From Pyrinomonadaceae bacterium (lineage in GTDB: Bacteria; Acidobacteriota; Blastocatellia; Pyrinomonadales; Pyrinomonadaceae), in NCBI GenBank assembly GCA_965214585.1, contig OZ243957.1, positions 567,331-631,330 on the forward strand: DNA of 64,000 nt, written 5' to 3'. Each line of letters begins with the position of its first letter. Position 1 is the first letter of the stretch. The notes under the pieces were generated by a model. That model was not told the origin of the DNA. It made no database searches and worked only from the letters and a program-made list of their open reading frames with translations. Shown in pieces: positions 56,248 to 64,000 of this stretch. Position numbers and translations under genes: made by a program.

Positions 56248-57374
56248 AAGAATGGATTTCCCTAAATATGACTCCCGGCATCGGACCGCGCAAGGCGACG
56301 CAGCTGCTTGAAAGGTTCGGTTCGGCGGAAAATGTTTTTAACGCGCGTCGAAGTGAATTGGAAAGTTTACGGCTCAAACCGGAAACGATTTTGAGTATTT
56401 TGAATCGTGAACTGCACGAAAAAGCCGTCGAAGAATTGGAAAACGTGAAAAAACTCGGCGGCGACGTTTTGATTTTGGACGACGGAAGTTATCCGTTTTT
56501 GCTGCGGGAAATTCCCGATCCGCCGATCACGCTTTATGTTTTGGGAAATTGGCAGGAATGTTTTGAAATGCCGTGCATCGGAGTTGTCGGCTCGCGCCGC
56601 TGCTCGACTTACGGGCAAAACGCTTCGGAAATGCTCGGACGCGATTTGGCGGCTCACGGAATTTGCGTCGTTTCCGGTTTTGCACGCGGAATTGATTCAG
56701 CCGCGCATCAGGGCGCGATTGACGCAAAGGGGAAGACAATCGCCGTTTTCGGAACTGGAATTGACAAAATTTATCCGAAAGAAAATGCCAAACTCGTCAG
56801 ACTGATTTTGGATTCGGGCGGCGCAATCGTTTCGCAATTTCCTCTCGGAACGCCGCCGCTTCGGGAAAATTTCCCGTATCGCAACCGCATTATTTCCGGT
56901 TTGAGTCTTGGAATTTTGGTCGTCGAAGCGTCGGAAAGAAGCGGCTCTCTGATAACGGCGCGGCTGGCGATGGAACAAAACCGCGAAGTTTTAGCCGTTC
57001 CGGGAAATATCACTTCAAAAAATTCTTTCGGCACAAATTATTTAATAAAATCGGGCGCGAAACTCGTTCAGCAATGGCAGGATGTCGTTGCCGAACTGCC
57101 TTCGGAAATCGCCGCCGAGATTTTGCCGCCGCCTGTTGATGATAAAAAATCCGTCGAAAAAACGGCGCAAAAAGAAGAGAAAATGCCCGCCGGAATCGGC
57201 GAAAATGAAAAGAAAATCTACGAAATTTTGCGAGCCGACCAAGAAACGCACATTGACGTTTTGCTGGAAAAAACCGAATTGGAATTCGGCGAATTGAACA
57301 AAGCGATTGTTGATCTGGATTTGAAAGATTTGATTCGCGTTTTGCCGGGAAACAATTATGCGAGGAAAATGTAA
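56244..57374 (+). CDS. dprA: DNA-processing protein A
   Basis: 376 aa; N-terminal SAM-like GIGPRKATQLLERFGS, Rossmann-like core, C-terminal wH; 4-nt overlap with upstream gene. Confidence 0.85.
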   Translation: MKEWISLNMTPGIGPRKATQLLERFGSAENVFNARRSELESLRLKPETILSILNRELHEKAVEELENVKKLGGDVLILDDGSYPFLLREIPDPPITLYVLGNWQECFEMPCIGVVGSRRCSTYGQNASEMLGRDLAAHGICVVSGFARGIDSAAHQGAIDAKGKTIAVFGTGIDKIYPKENAKLVRLILDSGGAIVSQFPLGTPPLRENFPYRNRIISGLSLGILVVEASERSGSLITARLAMEQNREVLAVPGNITSKNSFGTNYLIKSGAKLVQQWQDVVAELPSEIAAEILPPPVDDKKSVEKTAQKEEKMPAGIGENEKKIYEILRADQETHIDVLLEKTELEFGELNKAIVDLDLKDLIRVLPGNNYARKM

Positions 57375-57410
57375 GTGAAAAGGCAGACTATTTTGTGCTA
57401 AAATCAAACA

Positions 57411-57746
57411 ATGAACACGATAACTTCAAGCACGGAAATTACGTTTACAAAAACAAATGCGGGAGTTTTGCGAATCGGAAAAACGCGCGTTTCGCTCGAT
57501 TCGGTGATAATCGCTTTTAATTCGGGAGCAACGCCCGAACAGATTATTCAGGATTTTGACACGCTGACGCTGGCGGAAATTTACGCGGCGATTAGCTATT
57601 ATTTGAATAATCGTGAAGAAGTAAATTCTTATCTGGCAAAGCGGGAAAAACGGAATAAAGAACTTCGCAAAATCAACGACGAGCGGTTTAATCATCAAGG
57701 ATTACGCACAAGACTCTTAGCGCGTCGCCGCAAAGTTGGTAAATAA
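57411..57746 (+). CDS. DUF433 antitoxin-like protein
   Basis: 111 aa; VLRIGKTRVSLDSVIIAFNSGATPEQIIQDFDTLTLAEIYAAISYY matches DUF433. Confidence 0.65.
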   Translation: MNTITSSTEITFTKTNAGVLRIGKTRVSLDSVIIAFNSGATPEQIIQDFDTLTLAEIYAAISYYLNNREEVNSYLAKREKRNKELRKINDERFNHQGLRTRLLARRRKVGK

Positions 57747-57757
57747 GTTTTTGGACT

Positions 57758-58111
57758 ATGAAATTTCTTTCCGACGAAGATTTCAATAATCATATTGTGC
57801 GCGGTTTATTTCGGCATTTTCCACATCTTGATTTGATCAGAGTTCAAGATACCGAATTGATGGAAAAACACGATAAAGAAATTCTGGCTTGGGCGGGAAA
57901 AGAAAATCGTCTGATTTTAACTCACGATTTTGCAACAATACTTGATTTTGCTTATGAAAGAATCAGTAAAAATTTACCGATGGCGGGCGTGGTCGCTGTT
58001 CCTCAAAATTTGTCAATAGGCAAAGCAATAAATGAACTTTCCATACTAATCGAATTTAGCTTGGAAAATGAATGGGAAAGCCAAGTTGTTTTTATTCCAT
58101 TAAAAACATAA
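57758..58111 (+). CDS. DUF5615 (PIN-like) toxin partner of DUF433
   Basis: 117 aa; adjacent to DUF433 in canonical order; LILTHDFATILDFA pattern. Confidence 0.6.
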   Translation: MKFLSDEDFNNHIVRGLFRHFPHLDLIRVQDTELMEKHDKEILAWAGKENRLILTHDFATILDFAYERISKNLPMAGVVAVPQNLSIGKAINELSILIEFSLENEWESQVVFIPLKT

Positions 58112-58245
58112 ATCTTATTTTGTCAAAAGTTTGAAAGACAACGAATCGTGAAAAGTTCTCATCGGTTGTAATGCAATTTGGAAATTTACCTTTTATAGAG
58201 TAAGTTGTAAAAAAGTTTGACAGATGCAAATTTCAAATGATACAA

Positions 58246-58276
58246 GTCAGACATTGGATTGATGTCTGACTTTTTA
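58246..58276 (+). terminator. rho-independent terminator
   Basis: 10-bp stem agtcagacat/atgtctgact, 6-nt loop, TTTTT tail. Confidence 0.7.
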
Positions 58277-58358
58277 GTGACTTCGGAAGAAAAGTTTTAC
58301 AATTTCGGATTTGGAAATATTACGAAAATCGGTTTTATCAAGCGGGAAATAATAAAAA

Positions 58359-60878
58359 ATGAGTAAAAATTTAGTTATCGTAGAATCGCCGGCGAAGGCG
58401 AAAACAATCAATAAATATCTGGGAAGCGATTACAAAGTAATGGCTTCAATCGGGCATATCAAAGATTTGCCGACGAAGGAACTCGGCGTTGATGTCGAGA
58501 ACAATTTCGAGCCGACTTATGAAATTATTCCCGATAAACGCAAGCGAAATAATAAAAAAACCGTTTCCGAATTGAAAAAGGCGGCGAAGGCTTCGGACGC
58601 GATCTATCTGGCGGGCGATCCTGACCGCGAAGGCGAGGCGATTTGTCAGCATTTGGCGGAAGAATTGACCAAAAGGAATAAAAAACCCGTGCATCGCGTG
58701 ATGTTCAACGAGATCACGAAAAAGGCGATTCTCGAAGCGTTTAAGCATCCGACGGAAGTTGATCAAAACTTGGTTGACGCGCAGCAGGCGAGGCGCGTTT
58801 TGGATCGGCTTGTCGGTTACAAAGTTTCGCCGATTTTGTGGAAAACTATCGGCGGAAGGCTTTCGGCGGGAAGAGTTCAGACGGTTGCCGTGCGCCTCGT
58901 TGTTGAACGCGAGCGCGAGATCGAGGCGTTTGTCAAAACTGAATACTGGTCAATTGTGGCAAATTTAGCCGCGAAACTGCCGCCGAATTTTGACGCGCGG
59001 CTTTATAAGGTCGAAGATCAAACGGTTAAACTCGGAAAATTTGACGAAGACGTAAAAGACACGGAAATTCACATCAAGGACGAAAAACAGGCGAAATCAA
59101 TTGTCGAAGAAGCCGAAAAGCAGGATTTTGTCGTTGAAAAAGTTGTGAAAAAGGAGCGCAAACGAAATCCGACACCGCCGTTTATCACTTCAAAATTGCA
59201 GCAGGACGCTTCGCGCCGATTCAGTTTTTCGGTCAAAAAAACGATGATGGTCGCGCAGAAACTTTACGAAGGAAAAGAACTCGGCTCGGAAGGCGCGGTC
59301 GGTTTGATAACTTATATGCGCTCGGATTCGACGAGAGTTTCGCCCGACGCGCTCGAAGGCGTGCGGGAATTTATCGGCAAAGATTACGGCGACGAATATC
59401 TGCCGAAAAAGCCCAGAATTTACAGTTCCAAAAAGGCTTCGCAAGACGCGCACGAAGCGATTCGTCCGACGGACGTGAACCGCACGCCCGAAAGTTTGAA
59501 AAAATATCTGAATGCGGAAGAACTCAAACTTTACACGCTTATTTGGCAGAGATTTGTTGCGTCGCAGATGATGCCCGCAATTTTCGATCAAACGACGATT
59601 GACATAAACGCCGGGCGTTTCACGTTTCGCGCAACGGGTTCGGTGCAGAAATTCGACGGGTTTCTAAAAGTTTATCAGGAAACTCGCGGACTTTCCGACA
59701 AAAAAGATGACGACGAGGACGAAGAAGAAAGAACGCTGCCGCTCGTTGAAGAAAAAGACAAACTGAAACTCAATTCGATCACGCCGAATCAGCATTCTAC
59801 CGAACCGCCGCCGCGTTATTCGGAAGCGTCGCTCGTCAAAGTTTTGGAAGAAAAAGGAATCGGCAGACCTTCGACTTACGCGGCGATTATGGCGACGATT
59901 CAGACTAGGGATTACGTCGAAAAGATCGAAGGGCGTTTTCATCCGACGGGACTCGGAACAACCGTTAATGATCTGCTCGTCAAGAATTTTGATGAGATTT
60001 TCGATACGACCTATACGGCGAAAATGGAACAGGATTTGGACGAGATCGAGGAAGGCAAACTCGATTGGCGCAATGCGATGAAGGATTTTTACGGGAAATT
60101 CTCCAAAAAACTGACAACCGCCGAAGAAAATATTAAAAACACGAAAAAACAGGCGATTCCGACCGATGAAGTTTGCGAAAATTGCGGCGCGGGAATGGTC
60201 ATAAAATTCGGCAGATTCGGGCAGTTTCTCGCCTGCGCGACTTATCCCGAATGTAAAACCACACGCGAAGTTACAAAAAAAGGCGACGGCGAAGCCGAAG
60301 GAGAAGCCGAAGAGATCGAACCGTGCGAACTTTGCGGAAAAGATATGGCTTTAAAGCGCGGGCGTTACGGCACATTTTACGGCTGCACGGGCTACCCGGA
60401 ATGCAAAAATATTCGCAAAATTGACAAGAAAAGCGGCGAAGCGATCTCGACTCCGCCGCCGGTTGAACTCGACGAAAAATGTCCGGTTGACGGCGCGAAT
60501 CTCGTTAAAAGAACCGGACGCTACGGCGAATTCGTCGCCTGCTCGAATTACCCGAAATGTAAATACGTCAAACGCGAAACAATCGGCATCGCCTGCCCGC
60601 GAGCCGGATGCAAAGGCGAACTCGTCGTCAAAAAAACACGGCGCGGCAAAGCGTTTTACGGCTGCTCGAATTATCCGAAATGCGACGAAGTTTTCTGGGA
60701 TAAACCGATTGACAAACCGTGTCCCGAATGCAAAGCTCCGTTCGTTTTGGAAAAGACGACGAAGAAAGAAGGCACGTTCCGCTATTGCAAAAATGATGAA
60801 TGTGATTATAAAATAAGCGTCAGCGATTCAACACCAAAATCCGAAAAAGAAGCGGAAGCGAAAACTTCCGCAAAATAA
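58359..60878 (+). CDS. topA: DNA topoisomerase I with C-terminal zinc ribbons
   Basis: 839 aa; Toprim N-terminus (LVIVESPAKAKTI), active-site Tyr region, four C4 zinc-ribbon repeats. Confidence 0.9.
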   Translation: MSKNLVIVESPAKAKTINKYLGSDYKVMASIGHIKDLPTKELGVDVENNFEPTYEIIPDKRKRNNKKTVSELKKAAKASDAIYLAGDPDREGEAICQHLAEELTKRNKKPVHRVMFNEITKKAILEAFKHPTEVDQNLVDAQQARRVLDRLVGYKVSPILWKTIGGRLSAGRVQTVAVRLVVEREREIEAFVKTEYWSIVANLAAKLPPNFDARLYKVEDQTVKLGKFDEDVKDTEIHIKDEKQAKSIVEEAEKQDFVVEKVVKKERKRNPTPPFITSKLQQDASRRFSFSVKKTMMVAQKLYEGKELGSEGAVGLITYMRSDSTRVSPDALEGVREFIGKDYGDEYLPKKPRIYSSKKASQDAHEAIRPTDVNRTPESLKKYLNAEELKLYTLIWQRFVASQMMPAIFDQTTIDINAGRFTFRATGSVQKFDGFLKVYQETRGLSDKKDDDEDEEERTLPLVEEKDKLKLNSITPNQHSTEPPPRYSEASLVKVLEEKGIGRPSTYAAIMATIQTRDYVEKIEGRFHPTGLGTTVNDLLVKNFDEIFDTTYTAKMEQDLDEIEEGKLDWRNAMKDFYGKFSKKLTTAEENIKNTKKQAIPTDEVCENCGAGMVIKFGRFGQFLACATYPECKTTREVTKKGDGEAEGEAEEIEPCELCGKDMALKRGRYGTFYGCTGYPECKNIRKIDKKSGEAISTPPPVELDEKCPVDGANLVKRTGRYGEFVACSNYPKCKYVKRETIGIACPRAGCKGELVVKKTRRGKAFYGCSNYPKCDEVFWDKPIDKPCPECKAPFVLEKTTKKEGTFRYCKNDECDYKISVSDSTPKSEKEAEAKTSAK

Positions 60879-60885
60879 GGTTTGG

Positions 60886-61467
60886 ATGAAAGAAAACATT
60901 CAATTTTTGCAGGCATTTATAAAAAATCCTCTAAAAGTCGGCTCGATTGCGCCGTCTTCGCCCGAACTCGCGCAAAAAATGGTTGAAGGAATCCGCCCGC
61001 AGAGAGATTCCGTCGTTTTGGAACTCGGAGTCGGAACGGGCGCAATCACCAAGTTCTTACAGGAAATCACGCCTGATTCGGAATCTTACCTCGGCATTGA
61101 ACTCGACAAAACGCTGGTCAAATCTCTGAATGAAAAATTCCCGAATCTAAAAATCATTCGCGGCAACGCCTGTAACTTGGCGATGATTCATAAAAAAACA
61201 AAAATGGGCAAAGTCGGCTGCATTATTTCGTGCCTTCCGTTCGTTTCGATTCCGAATGACATCGGCGAGAAAATCTTGTTTGAAATTGATAAATTTATGG
61301 AGCAGGGCTGCGTTTTCCGCACATTTCAATACGCTCACGGTTACTATTTCCCTTCCGCGATAAAACTGCGCGAACATATGCGCGAGCGTTACGGAAAATC
61401 GGAAAAAAGCTCTCTTGTCGTTAAAAATATGCCGCCCGCTTACACGCTGACGTGGCGGACAATTTGA
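60886..61467 (+). CDS. class I SAM-dependent methyltransferase
   Basis: 193 aa; SAM motif I VLELGVGTGAITKFL. Confidence 0.55.
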   Translation: MKENIQFLQAFIKNPLKVGSIAPSSPELAQKMVEGIRPQRDSVVLELGVGTGAITKFLQEITPDSESYLGIELDKTLVKSLNEKFPNLKIIRGNACNLAMIHKKTKMGKVGCIISCLPFVSIPNDIGEKILFEIDKFMEQGCVFRTFQYAHGYYFPSAIKLREHMRERYGKSEKSSLVVKNMPPAYTLTWRTI

Positions 61468-61531
61468 GAATTTTTTAAATTTTTGTGTTTGTTTCCGCGA
61501 AAGATGCGTTTAACTGTTTGCATTTACCACT

Positions 61532-62623
61532 TCAAAAATCCGTTTTATCAAGATCAGCCGCAATTTTCGCCAAATATTTCACCATTTCGTCAAATTTTGC
61601 AAACCTCGGATCGTCGGTTTGCCCTTTTTTGTAACGGTAAAAAATTTGCTGCAAGACAACGGCGAGTTTGAAAACGGCGAAAACTTCGTAAAATATGAAA
61701 TTTTCCAAATTTCGTTTGGATTTCTTTTGATAAAGTTCAATCATTTCTTCGCGCGAAAGCCAGCCGTCTTTTAGCGTTACGGCTTCGAGCGATTCGATTT
61801 TCGCGGCATCGGCAAGCTGCGCCCAATGCGTCCAGTAACAGATCAGAATTCCCAGATCAATCAGCGGATCGCCGATTGCGCTCATTTCCCAATCAAAAAC
61901 GCCGACGATTTTTTCGCCCGTTTCCGCGTCGAGCATCACATTATCCAACTTGAAATCGCCGTGAACAAGCGTCGGTTTTTCGCATTCGGCGGGCAGATTT
62001 TCGCCGAGCCATTCGGAAAGATATTCCATTTCCGCAAGTTCTTCCGTTTTTGAATTTTCCCAGCGTTTCGTCCAGCCTTTGACTTGTCTTGCGACAAACC
62101 CTTCGGCTTTTCCGAGAGTTGTCAGATTATGTTTTTCAATATCAATTTCGTGTAATTCAACCAAAGCATCAATCATCGCTTCGCTGATTTTACGGCGTTT
62201 CTCCGGTTTATTTTCAATTTCGGCAGGTTCTTTTGTGCGAACAATAATTCCGCCGCGCCGTTCCATCACATAAAACGTCGAGCCGATAATCTCCTCATTT
62301 TCGCATAACAAAAACGGACGCGGCGCAAGCGTATAAACCGGATGCACGCTTTCTAAAATGCTAAATTCCCTGCTCATATCGTGCGCTTTCGGCGGAACGC
62401 GACCAAACGGCGGACGGCGCAAGACAAATTCCCGTTCGCCGAACCGCAAAAGATAAGTCAAATTGGAATGCCCGCCGGAAAACTGCTCGACTTCGAGTTT
62501 CACATTCTCTTTAAAATCAACGCCCGAAATCTCTTTTAATTTCGGGCGAACATAATTTTCGAGTTTCGCCCAATCGAGATTTTCGCCTTCCCGCACGGGT
62601 TTTGTATCTTTTGAATCTTCCAT
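61532..62623 (-). CDS. aminoglycoside-phosphotransferase-like (APH/ACAD10-11 kinase-domain family) phosphotransferase
   Basis: Start at MEDSKDTK (ATG 62623; longer Arg-rich ORF to 62866 overlaps the SDR gene); Brenner motif HGDFKLDNVMLD and DWE motif. Confidence 0.7.
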   Translation of the reverse strand: MEDSKDTKPVREGENLDWAKLENYVRPKLKEISGVDFKENVKLEVEQFSGGHSNLTYLLRFGEREFVLRRPPFGRVPPKAHDMSREFSILESVHPVYTLAPRPFLLCENEEIIGSTFYVMERRGGIIVRTKEPAEIENKPEKRRKISEAMIDALVELHEIDIEKHNLTTLGKAEGFVARQVKGWTKRWENSKTEELAEMEYLSEWLGENLPAECEKPTLVHGDFKLDNVMLDAETGEKIVGVFDWEMSAIGDPLIDLGILICYWTHWAQLADAAKIESLEAVTLKDGWLSREEMIELYQKKSKRNLENFIFYEVFAVFKLAVVLQQIFYRYKKGQTDDPRFAKFDEMVKYLAKIAADLDKTDF

Positions 62624-62634
62624 TTTTCTACTCT

Positions 62635-63414
62635 CTAAACAATCGTCCCGCCGCCGTCCACAACGAGAATTTGTCCGGTGATGTAATTTGACGCTTCCGA
62701 CGCGAGAAAAACCGCCGCGCCTTTTAATTCGCCTTCTTTGCCGACGCGCGGAATCGGGTTCGTTTTTTCGATAAATCCTTCGAGATGCTCGATCACGGCA
62801 TCGGCGAGGCGCGAGTGAAAAAATCCCGGCGCAATGGCGTTGACGCGAATGTTTTGTCTGCCCCAAGTCGCCGCAAGTTCCCTAGTCAAACCGAAAAGTC
62901 CGGCTTTACTTGCCGCGTAACCGGCATAATGCGGACCGTTCGCGCTCGACATCAAACCGGCAACCGACGAGATATTTATAATGCTTCCGCCGCCGCCGTT
63001 TTCAATCATAATTTTTCCCGCCGCCTGCGCGAAAATAAACGCGCCCGTTAAATTTACATCCAAAACCTTCTGCCATTTTTCAAGCGGCATATCTTCCGGT
63101 TTTGCGCCCCAAGAAATGCCGGCGTTGTTGATCAAAATGTCAATCGTTCCGAATTTTTCGACGGTTTTTTCCACGACGTTTTGAACCTGTTCGATTTTTG
63201 TAACGTCGCATAATTCCGCTTCCGCCCGAAAACCTCTGCCGCGAAATTCCTCAATTGTCGGCGCAAGCCATTCGTCGCGTCTGGCGCACAACATCAAATT
63301 CGCGCCCGCTTCCGCCAAACCTTCCGCCATTTCCTTGCCAAGCCCGCGCGAACCGCCGGTTACAATCGCTGTTTTTCCGCTTAAATCGAATAATTCTTTG
63401 ATATTTTTTGTCAT
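62635..63414 (-). CDS. SDR-family oxidoreductase
   Basis: 259 aa; TGGSRGLG cofactor motif; NNAG; catalytic YxxxK (YAASK). Confidence 0.85.
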   Translation of the reverse strand: MTKNIKELFDLSGKTAIVTGGSRGLGKEMAEGLAEAGANLMLCARRDEWLAPTIEEFRGRGFRAEAELCDVTKIEQVQNVVEKTVEKFGTIDILINNAGISWGAKPEDMPLEKWQKVLDVNLTGAFIFAQAAGKIMIENGGGGSIINISSVAGLMSSANGPHYAGYAASKAGLFGLTRELAATWGRQNIRVNAIAPGFFHSRLADAVIEHLEGFIEKTNPIPRVGKEGELKGAAVFLASEASNYITGQILVVDGGGTIV

Positions 63415-63427
63415 AATATTTTATACA

Positions 63428-63573
63428 GAAAGGCGGAAACCCGACAGTTATGGAGGGTGCTGTTTATTAACCGAAATTTTAGTAAATAAACGGCACTTGC
63501 AACGTTTTTTTTTAAAATCAACATTCTTCTGTTCGATCAGCACCCTCCATAACTGTCGGGTTTCCGCCTTTCT
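63428..63573. repeat. palindromic element I (35-bp perfect inverted arms, 76-bp spacer)
   Basis: gaaaggcggaaacccgacagttatggagggtgctg and its exact reverse complement at 63539-63573. Confidence 0.8.
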
Positions 63574-63611
63574 CGTCAAATCAACTTTTACAAATCAACA
63601 ATTAACCTTCC

Positions 63612-63992
63612 CTACAATCTTTCCCTTTTCAAAACCTTCAGATTTTCGCGCCAGTTTTCCGCTAAATCAAATTTATAAATCTCAAGTTCGGGCGAGATTG
63701 TTTTGGCTAAAAACCAAAAATCCCAATGAAAACTCAGAGTCGGCGCGACCAAGTAAATTATCGTCGGATGATCGGAAATTTCCAAATCGCCGAAGATTTT
63801 TGCTTTTTGCAGATTGCCGTTTCGCCTCTGCCGTTCAATTTTTCGCCAGTAATCGGCGGCTTGAAAAATCATTTCGCGGTCTGGCGCAACTTTCAGTTCG
63901 ATAATAATTAAACGCCCGTCGCGGCGCAGCGCGAGCAGATCAATTTTATCGTTTGAAGCGCGAAATTGATTGTAGATCGGCGATAAGATCAA
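63612..63992 (-). CDS. hypothetical protein, C-terminal part (PD-(D/E)xK-like IIIELK motif); start probably beyond window end
   Basis: 126-aa open frame reaching the window edge; RLIIIELKV resembles ExK nuclease motif. Confidence 0.4.
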   Translation of the reverse strand: MILSPIYNQFRASNDKIDLLALRRDGRLIIIELKVAPDREMIFQAADYWRKIERQRRNGNLQKAKIFGDLEISDHPTIIYLVAPTLSFHWDFWFLAKTISPELEIYKFDLAENWRENLKVLKRERL

Positions 63993-64000
63993 GTTCGCGT

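Noticed and set aside
55858-58111. Genomic island integrated at selC (four-helix-bundle gene, dprA, DUF433/DUF5615)
   Set aside because: dprA-topA adjacency is a common core-genome arrangement, and no integrase or direct repeat of the tRNA 3' end was found. Only the repeat debris upstream of selC hints at past insertion.
62624-62866. 81-codon Arg-rich N-terminal extension of the phosphotransferase ORF
   Set aside because: It overlaps the 3' end of the SDR gene. The kinase domain starts right after the internal ATG at 62623, and the extension is a composition artefact.
63428-63470. SRP (4.5S) RNA because of a ggtgctgttt-like string
   Set aside because: The conserved domain IV motif (GGUCAGGUCCGGAAGGAAGCAGCC) is absent, and the sequence is the arm of a perfect 35-bp inverted repeat.

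Overview
This is a 64 kb bacterial chromosomal window, densely coding with roughly 60 genes and one tRNA, read by eye with no database searches. All product calls rest on motif and architecture recognition plus established family knowledge.

Housekeeping genes identified:
- Purine synthesis: purS and purQ.
- Amino-acid metabolism: aspartate kinase, aspartate-semialdehyde dehydrogenase, an aminotransferase, and a HutF-like amidohydrolase with an N-formylglutamate amidohydrolase (HutG-like).
- Peptidases: two M16 metallopeptidases, a DmpA-like (S58) peptidase, and a Xaa-Pro aminopeptidase.
- Queuosine synthesis: queC and queE, with two unrelated genes between them.
- Membrane and envelope: two tandem AI-2E transporters, an APC permease, a beta-lactamase-like hydrolase, an NfeD-flotillin pair, an SPFH protein with four zinc ribbons, a GT9 heptosyltransferase and a Trm112/YcaR-like mini-protein.
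- F-type ATP synthase genes in the order b', b, delta, alpha, then an insertion, then gamma.
- DNA metabolism: dprA and topA.
- Others: an APH-like phosphotransferase, an SDR oxidoreductase, and a tRNA-Sec (selC) candidate with anticodon TCA.

Accessory content is concentrated in four places:
- The region 10.4-21.2 kb holds three tandem, same-strand paralogous giant ClpA/ClpB-family double-AAA+ ATPases of 775, 1086 and 1079 aa. Each has a non-Clp N-terminal domain and a degenerate first-ring Walker B motif; two carry about 330-aa C-terminal extensions of unknown fold.
- Interleaved with these are a translationally coupled DUF433 gene, a DUF2281/PIN toxin-antitoxin pair, and a GxxExxY (PD-(D/E)xK-like) gene bracketed by two long hairpin elements.
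- Several type II toxin-antitoxin modules occur elsewhere: a tandemly duplicated DUF2281/PIN cassette with truncated copies; a DUF433/DUF5615 pair; and an RHH/PIN pair whose PIN gene carries an in-frame TGA. The last sits with a retropepsin-like protease gene inside the atpA-atpG junction.
- The window is unusually rich in palindromic, MITE-like intergenic repeat families, at least nine distinct kinds, plus heptamer and 28-bp tandem repeats.

No CRISPR array, rRNA, transposase or integrase was found.
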